DNA from: Acidobacteriota bacterium
GTDB taxonomy: Bacteria; Acidobacteriota; UBA6911
Length of the DNA: 64,000 nt
Reading direction: 5' to 3'
Assembly (NCBI GenBank): GCA_963664705.1
Contig: OY761556.1
Coordinates: forward strand, 3,712,001-3,776,000
Position 1 is the stretch's first letter, and the number at the start of each line of letters is the position of its first letter. Under the pieces are notes generated by a model. That model saw nothing but the letters and a program-made list of their open reading frames with translations, did no database searches and was not told the origin of the DNA. The position numbers were made by a program, and so were the translations under genes. Below are positions 49,235-59,127 of this stretch, one piece after another.

Positions 49235-49322
49235 TTCGAACGGCTTCCAGAAACTCGATGATCAATCTATTCGCCGTAAACCTGCAAAGCGGCAGTTTGC
49301 TGCCGCATTCCAAAGGAAGAAT

Positions 49323-52300
49323 ATGAAAAGGACTATTTGCCTACTGTTGACTCTTTGCCTGCTGATGGCAGCCTGTTCCCGAAGTCCGCAAAAATCCGTT
49401 GAACGCGGAAAGCAGTTTCTGCAGGAAAAGAAATACAGCGAAGCGATGATAGAATTCCGGAATGCCCTGAAGGCAGATCCCAAACTAGCCGATGCTCATT
49501 TCCAGATGGGAATGACCTATCTCGCCTTGGGCCACATCTCGGATGCAGGCCCATCCATTATTCAGGCGGCAACACTGGATTCAGGAAACATCGAAGCCCA
49601 GATCCTGGCGGGCTATTTTCTTATTCTCGACCGCAAGTTCGAGGAAGCCACATCAAAAGCCCTGGCCGTTCAAAAAAAGGATTCTCGGAATATACGGGCA
49701 CAAATCCTCCTGGGAAATAGCTATGTGGGGAAAATTGATCTCAATGCGTCCATTGGGGCGTTGAGAAACGCCCTGCTGGTTGAGCCCAAATTTCTGCCGG
49801 CCTTTTTCGTATTTGCCATGCCTCAGGAAGCCAGGCGCGATCCATTGGCAGAAGAAACCCTGAAAAAGACGTGCGATCAGGATGCCGGCTCCATTGAAGC
49901 CAAGCTGGCCCTGGGCAATTTTTATCTCATGTCCAAACGCATGCCGGAAGCAGAACAACAATACCGGGCAGCCCTGGCTTCCAATCCGCGATCGATCGAT
50001 GCCAACCAGGCATTGGCTTTTTGCTTTCTGCAGATGCAGAAACTTGACCAGGCTGAACAGCTTTACGCTCAACTGAAAGACCAGAACCCGCAGGAACCCT
50101 CCCTTGGAATCATGCTCGGCGATTTCTATGCCGGGACCGGTAAAATGGAAACCGCGGTCCGGACATACCAGCAGGTAATGACGGCAAATCCGAAATTTGC
50201 AGTCGCCAAGAGGCGTCTTGCCGGCATTTACCTGTCTCAGAAAAACTTCGATACAGCATCCCAGCTGGCGGGTGAGTTGCTGAAGGAAGATCCGCGGGAC
50301 TTCGAGGCGGGTCTGGTTCAGGGACGTATTCTTCTGATACAGAATAAGCCCGAGGAAGCTGTCAAGCAGCTCGAAAACACAGTCAAGACTGCGCCTCGCT
50401 CTTCGGCGGCGCATTATTTCCTGGGTATTGGCTATTTGCAGATCCGCAATACGCAAAAGGCAGAGCCGGAATTTACAGCGGCAACACGGCTGGATCCGTC
50501 ATTCCTGCAGGCAAAGCTGGCATTGGCGCAGGTAGTGTTGGACAACGGCGATGCGGATGCAGCGATTCGCTATTCACAGGAGGCTCTGACGCAGAATGCC
50601 GGTGCCCTGGATGCAAAGCTGATTTTGGGAAGTGCCTATGCGGTTAAAGGAAACTTCACAGCCGCCATTCCGGAGTTAGAGGAATACGCCAACAAAGTAC
50701 CCGCCAACCCGATCGGACGATATCGCCTCGGAGTGGTTTATCTGAATCAGAAAAATGCGGATAAAGCATTAGCGCAGTTTGAAGCGGCACTGAAAGCAAA
50801 TCCGCTTCATCTGGAAAGCCTTGCAAGCCTTTGCAACATCTATCTGACGCAAAAGGCTCCCGACAAAGCGATCAGCCGGTTGACCCAAACAATTGCCACT
50901 TATCCCAATGTGCCCGAGCTCTATCAACTGCTTGGACGGATATATCTGGCCCAAAACAATACGGCAAAAGCGGAAGAACAGTATCGAAAGGCTGCTTCCG
51001 TTAATTCCAAGAACCCTAATGCCGGCCTGTCTCTGGCAGGCTTTTATTCCACAATCGGCCAGACGGATAAGAGTGTCGTTACGCTGCAAGGCATTTTGAA
51101 GGAAAATCCGGGGAATACGGCTGCAGCTACTGCTTTAGGAGACCTTTACATCTCCCAGAAGGCTTTTGACAAAGCCCTCTCGACTGCAGACGAGATGATC
51201 CAAAAGAATCCCAAGAGCGCGGAGGCATTGACTTTAAAGGGACGAGTTCTCCTGGCTCAAAACAAGCTTCAGGATGCCATCGGCCAATTGCAGAATGCAG
51301 TGAATCTGAACGGCGCTTCACCGGTGGCTCGATATTATCTCGGCATCGCGCAATTGCAGGCCAGGAACCCGCAACGCGCCGAGGCCGAGTTGCAGGAGTC
51401 CGTCAAGACGGCAGGAAGATTTGTTCTCCCCTATGTTGCGCTTGCGACATTGAAGCTTGATTCTGGAGATTCCGACGCGGCCGCGCAACTGGCTCAAAAA
51501 GCGTTGAGTATCAACGCAGCCCTGCCGGATGCAGCCCTGATTCTGGGACAAGCCTATACGGCTAAGCGAGACTATGCCAATGCGTCCAAGATTCTCGAGG
51601 ATCTGGTCAAGCGCTATCCGGACAATGCGGCAGCAATCAAGTCGCTGGCCCAGGCAAACCTCGCCATGGGAAATGCGGTTCAAGCCGCTTCCCTGTTCAG
51701 CAAAATCCTCGAAAAAGATCCGCAGAATGTGGAAGCGCTGACTGGAATGGCCGGCGTGCAGATGATGCAGAACAACCCGGCAAAGGCCGAGGAACTGTAC
51801 CGGAAAGCCGCTCAGCTGGCGCCGCAAAACAGCGGCCCTAAAAAGGGGCTTGCGAGTTTGTACATTCGCCAGAAGGCCTATGATAAGGCATTGCCACTGG
51901 CGGACGAGATCATCAAGATCGGAGATCCGGATGGAAAAACGCTGAAGGCACAGCTTCTCCTTAGCCAAAATAAGGGAGCGGAGGCGGCAAAGGAGCTTCA
52001 ATCAACGGCCGGCACGAAGGGCAACTCCGCGCAATCGCGCTTCATGCTGGGAGCAGCGTACCTTCAGGATAAGAAACCAGCTCAAGCCGAAAGCGAGTGG
52101 AACCAAGCCATTCAAATTGACAACAAGTTTGCCCCCGCCTATTTAGCACTAGCCCAGCTAAAGCTGAATAGCGGAGATCCCGACGCCGCCATTCGCTTTG
52201 CACAGGAGGGGCTGAAGGCCGATGCGTCGATGAACAATCTTCACCTGATCCTCGGCAATGCGCTTGCAAGCAAGGCGGACTTCTCTGGTGCGATCAAGGA

Positions 52301-53102
52301 GCTCGAGGAATATAACCAAAAATCACCCGGCAATCCGCAGGCAATGCACAGCCTGACCTTGGCCTATGTCAACAAATACATGAATGAAAAGAAACCGGAC
52401 AAGGCGATTCAGGTTATAAACCAGCAGGTAGCCAAATCTCCCGGAGCCGATCTTTTCCAGCTTCTAGGACAAGTCTATGTTTATCAGAAAAATTACGCCA
52501 AAGCAGAGGAAGCCTATCGAAAGGCATTATCACTCGACAGGAATAGTCTGGGCGTTTACGGTTTGTTGGGACAGCTTTACATGATTCAGAATTCCGCGGA
52601 TAAGGCAATCCAGGAACTAAAGAATGCACTAAAGGCAAATCCGCGTTCTGTAGAAGCCCACTTGGTTCTTGCGTCAATCTTGGAATCGAAAAACGATCGT
52701 GAAGCCGCGAAATTCCAATACCGCGAAGCGCTAGATGCGGATCCCAAATCGCCTGTAGCTGCAAATAATCTGGCTTGGATACTGGCAGACTCTGGATCCG
52801 ATCTGGACGAGGCTCTGCGCTTGGCCAGAATTGCGTCAGAGAGATTCCCGGATGTCGCCAATATACAGGACACACTGGGATGGGTTTATTATAAGAAGGG
52901 TTCATACAAACCTTCCATTGACATGCTGGAAAGCTGCGTTCGCAAGGATCCAAAGAATGCAGCTTATCAATATCACCTGGGAATGAGCTATTACAAGAAT
53001 GGCAACAGGCCACAAGCCAAGGCCGCCCTGGAACAGGCCTTAAAACTAAGTGCTTCCTTTCCCGGAGTGGAAGAAGCAAAGCAGACGCTGGCAAAGCTTT
53101 AG
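49323..53102 (+). CDS. PrsT-like TPR-repeat lipoprotein 1 (~1260 aa)
   Basis: MKRTICLLLTLCLLMAAC lipobox, A.IEFRNALK, continuous TPRs, AANNLAW...DTLGWVYY...YHLG C-terminus. Confidence 0.88.
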   Translation: MKRTICLLLTLCLLMAACSRSPQKSVERGKQFLQEKKYSEAMIEFRNALKADPKLADAHFQMGMTYLALGHISDAGPSIIQAATLDSGNIEAQILAGYFLILDRKFEEATSKALAVQKKDSRNIRAQILLGNSYVGKIDLNASIGALRNALLVEPKFLPAFFVFAMPQEARRDPLAEETLKKTCDQDAGSIEAKLALGNFYLMSKRMPEAEQQYRAALASNPRSIDANQALAFCFLQMQKLDQAEQLYAQLKDQNPQEPSLGIMLGDFYAGTGKMETAVRTYQQVMTANPKFAVAKRRLAGIYLSQKNFDTASQLAGELLKEDPRDFEAGLVQGRILLIQNKPEEAVKQLENTVKTAPRSSAAHYFLGIGYLQIRNTQKAEPEFTAATRLDPSFLQAKLALAQVVLDNGDADAAIRYSQEALTQNAGALDAKLILGSAYAVKGNFTAAIPELEEYANKVPANPIGRYRLGVVYLNQKNADKALAQFEAALKANPLHLESLASLCNIYLTQKAPDKAISRLTQTIATYPNVPELYQLLGRIYLAQNNTAKAEEQYRKAASVNSKNPNAGLSLAGFYSTIGQTDKSVVTLQGILKENPGNTAAATALGDLYISQKAFDKALSTADEMIQKNPKSAEALTLKGRVLLAQNKLQDAIGQLQNAVNLNGASPVARYYLGIAQLQARNPQRAEAELQESVKTAGRFVLPYVALATLKLDSGDSDAAAQLAQKALSINAALPDAALILGQAYTAKRDYANASKILEDLVKRYPDNAAAIKSLAQANLAMGNAVQAASLFSKILEKDPQNVEALTGMAGVQMMQNNPAKAEELYRKAAQLAPQNSGPKKGLASLYIRQKAYDKALPLADEIIKIGDPDGKTLKAQLLLSQNKGAEAAKELQSTAGTKGNSAQSRFMLGAAYLQDKKPAQAESEWNQAIQIDNKFAPAYLALAQLKLNSGDPDAAIRFAQEGLKADASMNNLHLILGNALASKADFSGAIKELEEYNQKSPGNPQAMHSLTLAYVNKYMNEKKPDKAIQVINQQVAKSPGADLFQLLGQVYVYQKNYAKAEEAYRKALSLDRNSLGVYGLLGQLYMIQNSADKAIQELKNALKANPRSVEAHLVLASILESKNDREAAKFQYREALDADPKSPVAANNLAWILADSGSDLDEALRLARIASERFPDVANIQDTLGWVYYKKGSYKPSIDMLESCVRKDPKNAAYQYHLGMSYYKNGNRPQAKAALEQALKLSASFPGVEEAKQTLAKL

Positions 53103-53111
53103 TTAACTGAC

Positions 53112-53165
53112 AGATACACAAATTCCACAGAAACCTTCATGAAGGTCTGTGGAATTTGTGTATCT
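53112..53165. repeat. 54-bp near-perfect intergenic palindrome
   Basis: AGATACACAAATTCCACAG-AA-ACCTTCATGAAGGT-CTGTGGAATTTGTGTATCT; no U-tract. Confidence 0.85.
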
Positions 53166-53188
53166 AACGCTACTTTGGGGGATCTGAA

Positions 53189-56100
53189 ATGAAACGAATA
53201 TTCCTTTGCCTCATTGCATCCGTCCTTCTTTTGGCTTCATGTTCTCATGATCCCAAGAAATATATTGAAAGCGGGAAGAAATATCTCTCAGAAAAGAAGT
53301 ATAAAGAGGCGGCTCTGGAATTTCGAAATGCGCTCAAACGCGATTCACAGTCAGAAGAGGCTCACTACCAGATGGGCCAGGTTTATTCAGCGGTGGGAGA
53401 CTTCGGAGATGCGCTCCCTGAGTACCAAAGAGTAATCACCACCAATCCAAACCGATTGGATGCCCAACTCAAAGTCGGCAATCTATTGCTTCTCCAGCAT
53501 AGGCTCGCAGATGCACGAGCCAAAGCAGAGACAATTCTAAAGAAACAACCGAAAAATACCCGAGCTCTAATTCTTCAAGCCAATTCGTACTCCGGCTTGA
53601 TACACCTCAATGATTCCATTGAGGAACTGCGTTTATGGTTTGAACGAGAACCCAGACTCGTCCCCTCCTATCTTGACACCGGGGCAGACCAGGAAGCCAA
53701 GCTTCATACGCAGCTTGCCGAGGATATCTACCTGAAGGTCGTGGCTGTGGATGAAGGGTCGGTTGAAGCTCGCCTTGCGCTGGCGAATTACTACATGCAT
53801 CTGAAGCGCAATGAGGAAGCTGAGCAGCAATATCAAAAAGCAGCCGGCATCGACTCTAAATCGCGAGATGCCAATGCGGCGCTCGGGTTCTTTTATCTCC
53901 AGAATAAGAAATACGATCTGGCAGAAAAGTGGTATTCAAAGATCGGAAGTACCCATCCCGACAAAGAGGGAGCCGGGTTTTTGCTGGCGGATTTCTACAT
54001 TGCCTCCGAGCAGATTGATCGTGGGATTGAAGCATATCAAAAGATTCTATCGGCGGACTCAAAGTCAATTCTTGCACGAAAGCGGTTGGCAAATGTCTAT
54101 TTAAGTCAGCGAGCACTCGACAAAGCCATCCAGCAGGCAAATGAAATACTCAAACTGGACGCCAGCAATGCCGAGGCAAAATTTGTAAAGGGAAGAGTTC
54201 TTCTCGCACAAGATAAGCCAACAGAGGCGCTTACGGAGCTTGACAGCGTTGTAAAGTTATTTCCGGCATCGGCATGGGGACACTACTTTATGGGGATCGC
54301 TCTCGTTCGGACGGGCAATACGCAACGCGCGGACGAAGAGATATCTGCCGCAATTCGGCGCGATCCCACCATGGCCGATGCATACATAGCCCGAGCTGAA
54401 ATTAGGCTGGTCTCAGGAGACACCGAAACTTCATTGGCGGATGCCAAACAAGCAATAACTCTCAATGCCAATCTGGATCAAGGCCACCTCATTCTGGGCA
54501 GGGTATACCTTCAGAAAAAAGACTTTCAAAATGCACTGTCTGAATTGGAGGGATTTGCCAAACGAAATCCTTCAAGCGTCGCCGGTTCTCAAGCGCTTGG
54601 TCAGTTGTATGCACTCCAAGGAAAATCGGCTCAAGCTGAAGCTCAGATCGACGCGGCAATCAAAGCAGATCCTTCAAACATTGATACCTGGTCCCTTCTT
54701 GCCAGGTTTTATATCAGCCAAAAGAAACCGGAATCAGCTATTCAAAAGCTGAACCAGGCAATTGCCCTGGCTCCCACACAGGCAAAGCTCTATCAAATTC
54801 TGGGCCAGGTTTATGTTGCACAGAATAACCATGCAAAAGCAGAAGAGGCCTACCAAAAAGCAGCTCAACTGGACTCCAAGAACATCTCACAACAGCTGAA
54901 TCTGGTGAGCTTTTATTCTGGAACGGGCAATCTTGAGAAGAGCATTGAAACGCTTGAAACGATTATTAGAAATCAGCCCAACGACAATTCCGCAAGATTT
55001 ACGCTCGGACAGATTTATCTGGGGCAAAAGGCTTATGACAAAGTAACCGCCATTGCGGACGAAATGCTCAAGAGGGACACAAAGAGCAGCGATGCCCTTT
55101 TGCTGAAGGGGCGGGTTCTACTGGATCATCAAAAACCCAAGGAAGCAATCTCTCCGCTGCAAAATGCGGTTATCGCCAATCCATCCTCATCATCAGCCAG
55201 GTATTATTTGGGAGTTGCGCTATACCAAACAAAGGATGCAAAGCGGGCAGAGATGGAATGGAGCGAGGCTGTCAAAACTGCTGGCCGCTTTGTTCAACCA
55301 TTTATCGCACTCGCCCAACTCAAACTGGACTCAGGCGATACGGATTCAGCGATTCAGTATGCCAAGCAGGCATCCAGCCTGGATCCCACCGCTTCTTCCT
55401 CCAGACTGATACTGGGCAGTGCATACGGCAGCAAGCGAGACTATAAAAATGCTGTTGTAGAGCTCGAGGAATTTACCAAACGCGAACCTCGGAATGCCAT
55501 GGGCTTATATAGACTTGCATTGGCCTATTTGGGTGCCGGCAACCAGGCTCAAGCAGAACTCAAGTTCGAAGCATCGCTTGCGGCCGATCCCAATTCCATG
55601 AATGCGCTGGCGGCGTTGACCCGAATATATCTGGACCAAAAAAAACCTGAGAAAGCGATCCAGCGCTTAAACCAACAACTGAGTCGTACCAATCACCAAC
55701 CGGACATTTATCAGCTGCTTGGGCAGGTTTATGCCTTTCAGAAAGACTATCCCAAAGCAGAAGAGGCCTACCAAAAGGCGGTCCAGGCGGATCCTGGCAA
55801 TGTAACACGCAGAGAGTCCCTGGCAAGCTTCTACACAAGCATCGGCAAACCTGAAAAAAGCATTCAGAACTATGAGGCAATTCTGAAACAAAACCCAGGG
55901 AATGCGGAACTGAAAAAACGACTTGCAGAGCTATATCTGAGCCAAAAGCTCTATGATAAAAGCCTTCAAATCGCGGAAGATATGCTTAAGGCCAATCCTA
56001 AAGATGGCAATGCTTTGCTTGTAAAAGGGAAAATATATCTGGTTTCGAACAAGAATGATCAAGCCGTTGCAGAACTACAAAAGGCCATAGCCAGTAATCC

Positions 56101-57283
56101 TCAATTGGTTGATGCGCGCTACTACCTTGGCATGGCTTATCTACAGAAAAAAAACACCAGCCAGGCAGAGGTAGAATTGAGTGAGGCGATCCGGAAGGAT
56201 AATAAATATTCCCCGGCATTGCTTGGCCTTGCGCGGATCAGATTGGAAAAAAAGGATAATAAAGGAGCGATCCGCTACGCCCAGCAGGCACTGCAGGCAG
56301 ATCCCAATTCGGGAGAAGCCAGACTTTTGCTTGGCGGCGCCCTTTTGGGTGATGCACGCTATAAAGAAGCCCTTGAACAATTGGAAATTGCAGCGAATCT
56401 CAACGCGAACAACTCACGCATTGCCTATATGCTGGGCACGGCAAATGCGGCCTTGGGCGCTGATTCAAAAGCAGAAACAGCTTTTGAATCAGCGCTAAAA
56501 AATGATCCTCAAAATATGGATGCCCTGGCAGGTCTTTCCACCATCTACCTAAAAAACAAAAAGCCGGAAAAAGCACTGCAGCGAATCGAAAAGTACCTTC
56601 AGCAGTTTCCCAATTCTCCCATAGCCTATGAGATTGCGGGACAGGTTTATTCTGCACAAAAAAACTATGCTAAGGCAGAGGAGTCCTATCGTAAGGCACT
56701 TTCTCTCGACAAAAACAGATTTGCGGCCTATTCCTTCCTGGCCAGGCTGTTTCTAAAGCAGAAATCCTATGACAAAGCCATAGCAGAACTGCAGAATAAA
56801 CTAAAATCCGGCCCTGAATCCAGCCAAAGCCATCTGCTTTTGGGGATGATCTATCAAGCCCAAAAGAAAGATGATTTGGCAAAATCCCAATATGCCAGCG
56901 CACTTAAAGTTGATCCAGGCCTGGCAGTGGCAGCCAACAACATGGCTTGGCTGATCTGTGAAACCGGAGGAAACCTGAATGAGGCGCTTGCCTTCGCGCA
57001 AAAAGCCAAAGACGGAATGCCTGATTCGGCAGAAATTGCGGACACACTTGGATGGATATATTTCAAGAAAGGCGCTCACCGCTCTGCCATAGATCTGTTC
57101 AAATTCTGCACTTCAAAGGATCCCAATAACTCTCTGTTCCACTATCATCTTAGCCTGTCGCTTTCTAAAAATGGTGAAAGCGCCAAAGCAAAGGAGTCGA
57201 TGGTCAAAGCAGTGAGTATAGATGCCACTTTGGGCAAAAATTCAGAGGCCAGGCAGATATTGGGATTAGGAGGCACCAAGTGA
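53189..57283 (+). CDS. PrsT-like TPR-repeat lipoprotein 2 (1364 aa)
   Basis: MKRIFLCLIASVLLLASC lipobox, EFRNALK, TPR array, AANNMAW...DTLGWIYF; paralog of the upstream gene. Confidence 0.88.
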   Translation: MKRIFLCLIASVLLLASCSHDPKKYIESGKKYLSEKKYKEAALEFRNALKRDSQSEEAHYQMGQVYSAVGDFGDALPEYQRVITTNPNRLDAQLKVGNLLLLQHRLADARAKAETILKKQPKNTRALILQANSYSGLIHLNDSIEELRLWFEREPRLVPSYLDTGADQEAKLHTQLAEDIYLKVVAVDEGSVEARLALANYYMHLKRNEEAEQQYQKAAGIDSKSRDANAALGFFYLQNKKYDLAEKWYSKIGSTHPDKEGAGFLLADFYIASEQIDRGIEAYQKILSADSKSILARKRLANVYLSQRALDKAIQQANEILKLDASNAEAKFVKGRVLLAQDKPTEALTELDSVVKLFPASAWGHYFMGIALVRTGNTQRADEEISAAIRRDPTMADAYIARAEIRLVSGDTETSLADAKQAITLNANLDQGHLILGRVYLQKKDFQNALSELEGFAKRNPSSVAGSQALGQLYALQGKSAQAEAQIDAAIKADPSNIDTWSLLARFYISQKKPESAIQKLNQAIALAPTQAKLYQILGQVYVAQNNHAKAEEAYQKAAQLDSKNISQQLNLVSFYSGTGNLEKSIETLETIIRNQPNDNSARFTLGQIYLGQKAYDKVTAIADEMLKRDTKSSDALLLKGRVLLDHQKPKEAISPLQNAVIANPSSSSARYYLGVALYQTKDAKRAEMEWSEAVKTAGRFVQPFIALAQLKLDSGDTDSAIQYAKQASSLDPTASSSRLILGSAYGSKRDYKNAVVELEEFTKREPRNAMGLYRLALAYLGAGNQAQAELKFEASLAADPNSMNALAALTRIYLDQKKPEKAIQRLNQQLSRTNHQPDIYQLLGQVYAFQKDYPKAEEAYQKAVQADPGNVTRRESLASFYTSIGKPEKSIQNYEAILKQNPGNAELKKRLAELYLSQKLYDKSLQIAEDMLKANPKDGNALLVKGKIYLVSNKNDQAVAELQKAIASNPQLVDARYYLGMAYLQKKNTSQAEVELSEAIRKDNKYSPALLGLARIRLEKKDNKGAIRYAQQALQADPNSGEARLLLGGALLGDARYKEALEQLEIAANLNANNSRIAYMLGTANAALGADSKAETAFESALKNDPQNMDALAGLSTIYLKNKKPEKALQRIEKYLQQFPNSPIAYEIAGQVYSAQKNYAKAEESYRKALSLDKNRFAAYSFLARLFLKQKSYDKAIAELQNKLKSGPESSQSHLLLGMIYQAQKKDDLAKSQYASALKVDPGLAVAANNMAWLICETGGNLNEALAFAQKAKDGMPDSAEIADTLGWIYFKKGAHRSAIDLFKFCTSKDPNNSLFHYHLSLSLSKNGESAKAKESMVKAVSIDATLGKNSEARQILGLGGTK

Positions 57284-57324
57284 ATAGTGCCCAAAACGTC
57301 GGTGCATCGGTCAGAAAAAGTGTC

Positions 57325-57499
57325 TGTCGGAATACCTTACGAAGCCTGTCGGCAAGCTTTACAAAACGCAGGCTGCCGTCAAATATCCCAGGGACCGACG
57401 TTTTTTATTTTTGCGCATGTTATTCATTTGTTTTCAATGCTTTACACAGATAATTGTCATTGCTACTTCAGAAAATGGAGATTTGGCACGGATATTGTA
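57325..57499 (+). promoter_or_regulatory. Sigma-54 promoter with tandem candidate PrsR enhancer sites and IHF-like site
   Basis: TGGCACG-GATA-TTGTA 57484-57499; TGTCGGAATACCTTACG 57325-57341 and TGTCGGCAAGCTTTACA 57347-57363; TTTCAATGCTTTA 57432-57444. Confidence 0.7.
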
Positions 57500-57542
57500 T
57501 TAAACATGGCGACGCTCAACGCAATCTTTGAAGGAGGATGTG

Positions 57543-58232
57543 ATGAAAAGAGTATTTTCGTTAGCTATGTTGTTGTTGGTGACCATGACCGTATCGGTTT
57601 TTGCAACCCCAACTCTCTGGTTGGATGATCCCAATGATGCCTTGGCTCCGGTAATAGTAGCGGATGGAAGCGGTCTCGATGCCAATTCGGCCGTTGGTGT
57701 TGTTACCTATGTAGGCGCGGTTGGAAGTGTGTGGACAATTAATGTAAGCACTGGTCTTACCAAGCCTGAACAGGGAAGTGCGATATCTCCATACATGGAT
57801 TTTAGCAGCGTGAACAAAAGCAAGACTGGTGGAACGCTTTACCTGTGGTTTACTGAAACAGACTTTGTCCCTGCAGACGGCAACTTCGCCGCATCACTTA
57901 ATGTTGGCGGAACGGTTGCAAACGGTGGGCAAGCTATTTTTGGATGGTACTTGGATCAGAATAATTCACAGCTTGCTTTAAGCGGAAGCACCAATCCGCT
58001 TGCCTTAACTCCCTATTTCGATGCCGGCGCCTTTGCCTATAGCTCCTCAGCATCGGTTACCGGTTTGACTGGACCTTTCTCGCTTGCGCTTGGAGCCAAC
58101 ATCTTCCACGCCAGCGAAGGAACAACCAGTTTTGACCAAGAGTTGAGCCCAGTTCCAGAGCCGGTTTCGGTAGCACTGCTCGGTTTCGGACTGGTAGGAC
58201 TTGGATTGGCCAGAAGATTCGGAAAAAAGTAA
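57543..58232 (+). CDS. PEP-CTERM sorting domain protein
   Basis: AAGGAGG SD, signal peptide, Ser/Thr/Gly-rich body, VPEPVSVALLGFGLVGLGLARRFGKK. Confidence 0.95.
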   Translation: MKRVFSLAMLLLVTMTVSVFATPTLWLDDPNDALAPVIVADGSGLDANSAVGVVTYVGAVGSVWTINVSTGLTKPEQGSAISPYMDFSSVNKSKTGGTLYLWFTETDFVPADGNFAASLNVGGTVANGGQAIFGWYLDQNNSQLALSGSTNPLALTPYFDAGAFAYSSSASVTGLTGPFSLALGANIFHASEGTTSFDQELSPVPEPVSVALLGFGLVGLGLARRFGKK

Positions 58233-58273
58233 ATCCGCTAGTAACTTAGGCAATAGCCTAAGTGCGGTATGGC

Positions 58274-58307
58274 AAAAAAGGGATGCAATGGTTTGCATCC
58301 CTTTTTT
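58274..58307. terminator. Bidirectional intrinsic terminator
   Basis: AAAAAAGGGATGCAA-TGGT-TTGCATCCCTTTTTT between convergent genes. Confidence 0.9.
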
Positions 58308-58436
58308 ATTGGTGTCTGGTGCTAAACCCAGCGGAGGTACGGCATGCCTGGGGCGGTCATAACCGATCTTCGCAGCCATATATTCCCCAAGAATTTCCCG
58401 GGCGAGATCCACAAGAATCACGGGAAAGTAGAAGCG

Positions 58437-58936
58437 CTAGAACAGGTTTTTTCTTTTTGCAAAAAGACATAGGCCGGCTAATCCCGTACCCAGAAGCAGC
58501 AGCGAAGCAGGCTCTGGAGAATGGACACCAGGGTAATTCGGATCAGACAGGGCACTCCCATACTGGAAGCTGACATTGGAAATGTCTAAGAGCTGAAATC
58601 CCGTCGGAAGATTGCCTATCGTGAGTATAGCGGAATCCTTGATCAATCCTCCGCTGCCAAGGATATTCCCCTTTGCTCCCGTGCCGCGGTTATCCCCCGC
58701 TGAAAGCAGGCCATAATCCCCGCCGCCTTTCATTCGCTCCATTTGGCGTCCCGGTCAAGCTGTTTTTGTAAGCCCACTCCCCCCCGACAATACCTCCCAC
58801 AGGCTGTCCCTTGCCCAATAATGGATTGCCGACAGAGGTGAAAACAATCCGGAAAAAACTTGTTTTTTCAACAAGAGCATCCCAGTCCCCGTGCTGGAAG
58901 AGCGATGAAAAAGCAACCTAATCTCTGGAAGTTCAT
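58437..58936 (-). pseudogene. Degraded PEP-CTERM surface protein gene (XDD4-like)
   Basis: Intact C-terminus SPEPASLLLLGTGLAGLCLFAKRK; upstream GQPVGGIVGGEWAYKNSLTG lies in another frame; signal-like MNFQRLGCFFIAL in the third frame followed by a stop. Confidence 0.75.
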
Positions 58937-59127
58937 TGATGGATTGTCAGTGCTATAGGCGCATTTTTTGAGCGAGATCCATTTCCCAGATCGTTGGCTT
59001 CTCGTTCAATGGCAAGCAGCCGGTTTATTCTATCCATCGTCAAAGGCGATATACTCCAAATTGAAAAATCCTTCCATCGTTTAGAAAATTCGATAACTAT
59101 GGGTTATCATTTGCCGAATATAAATAA

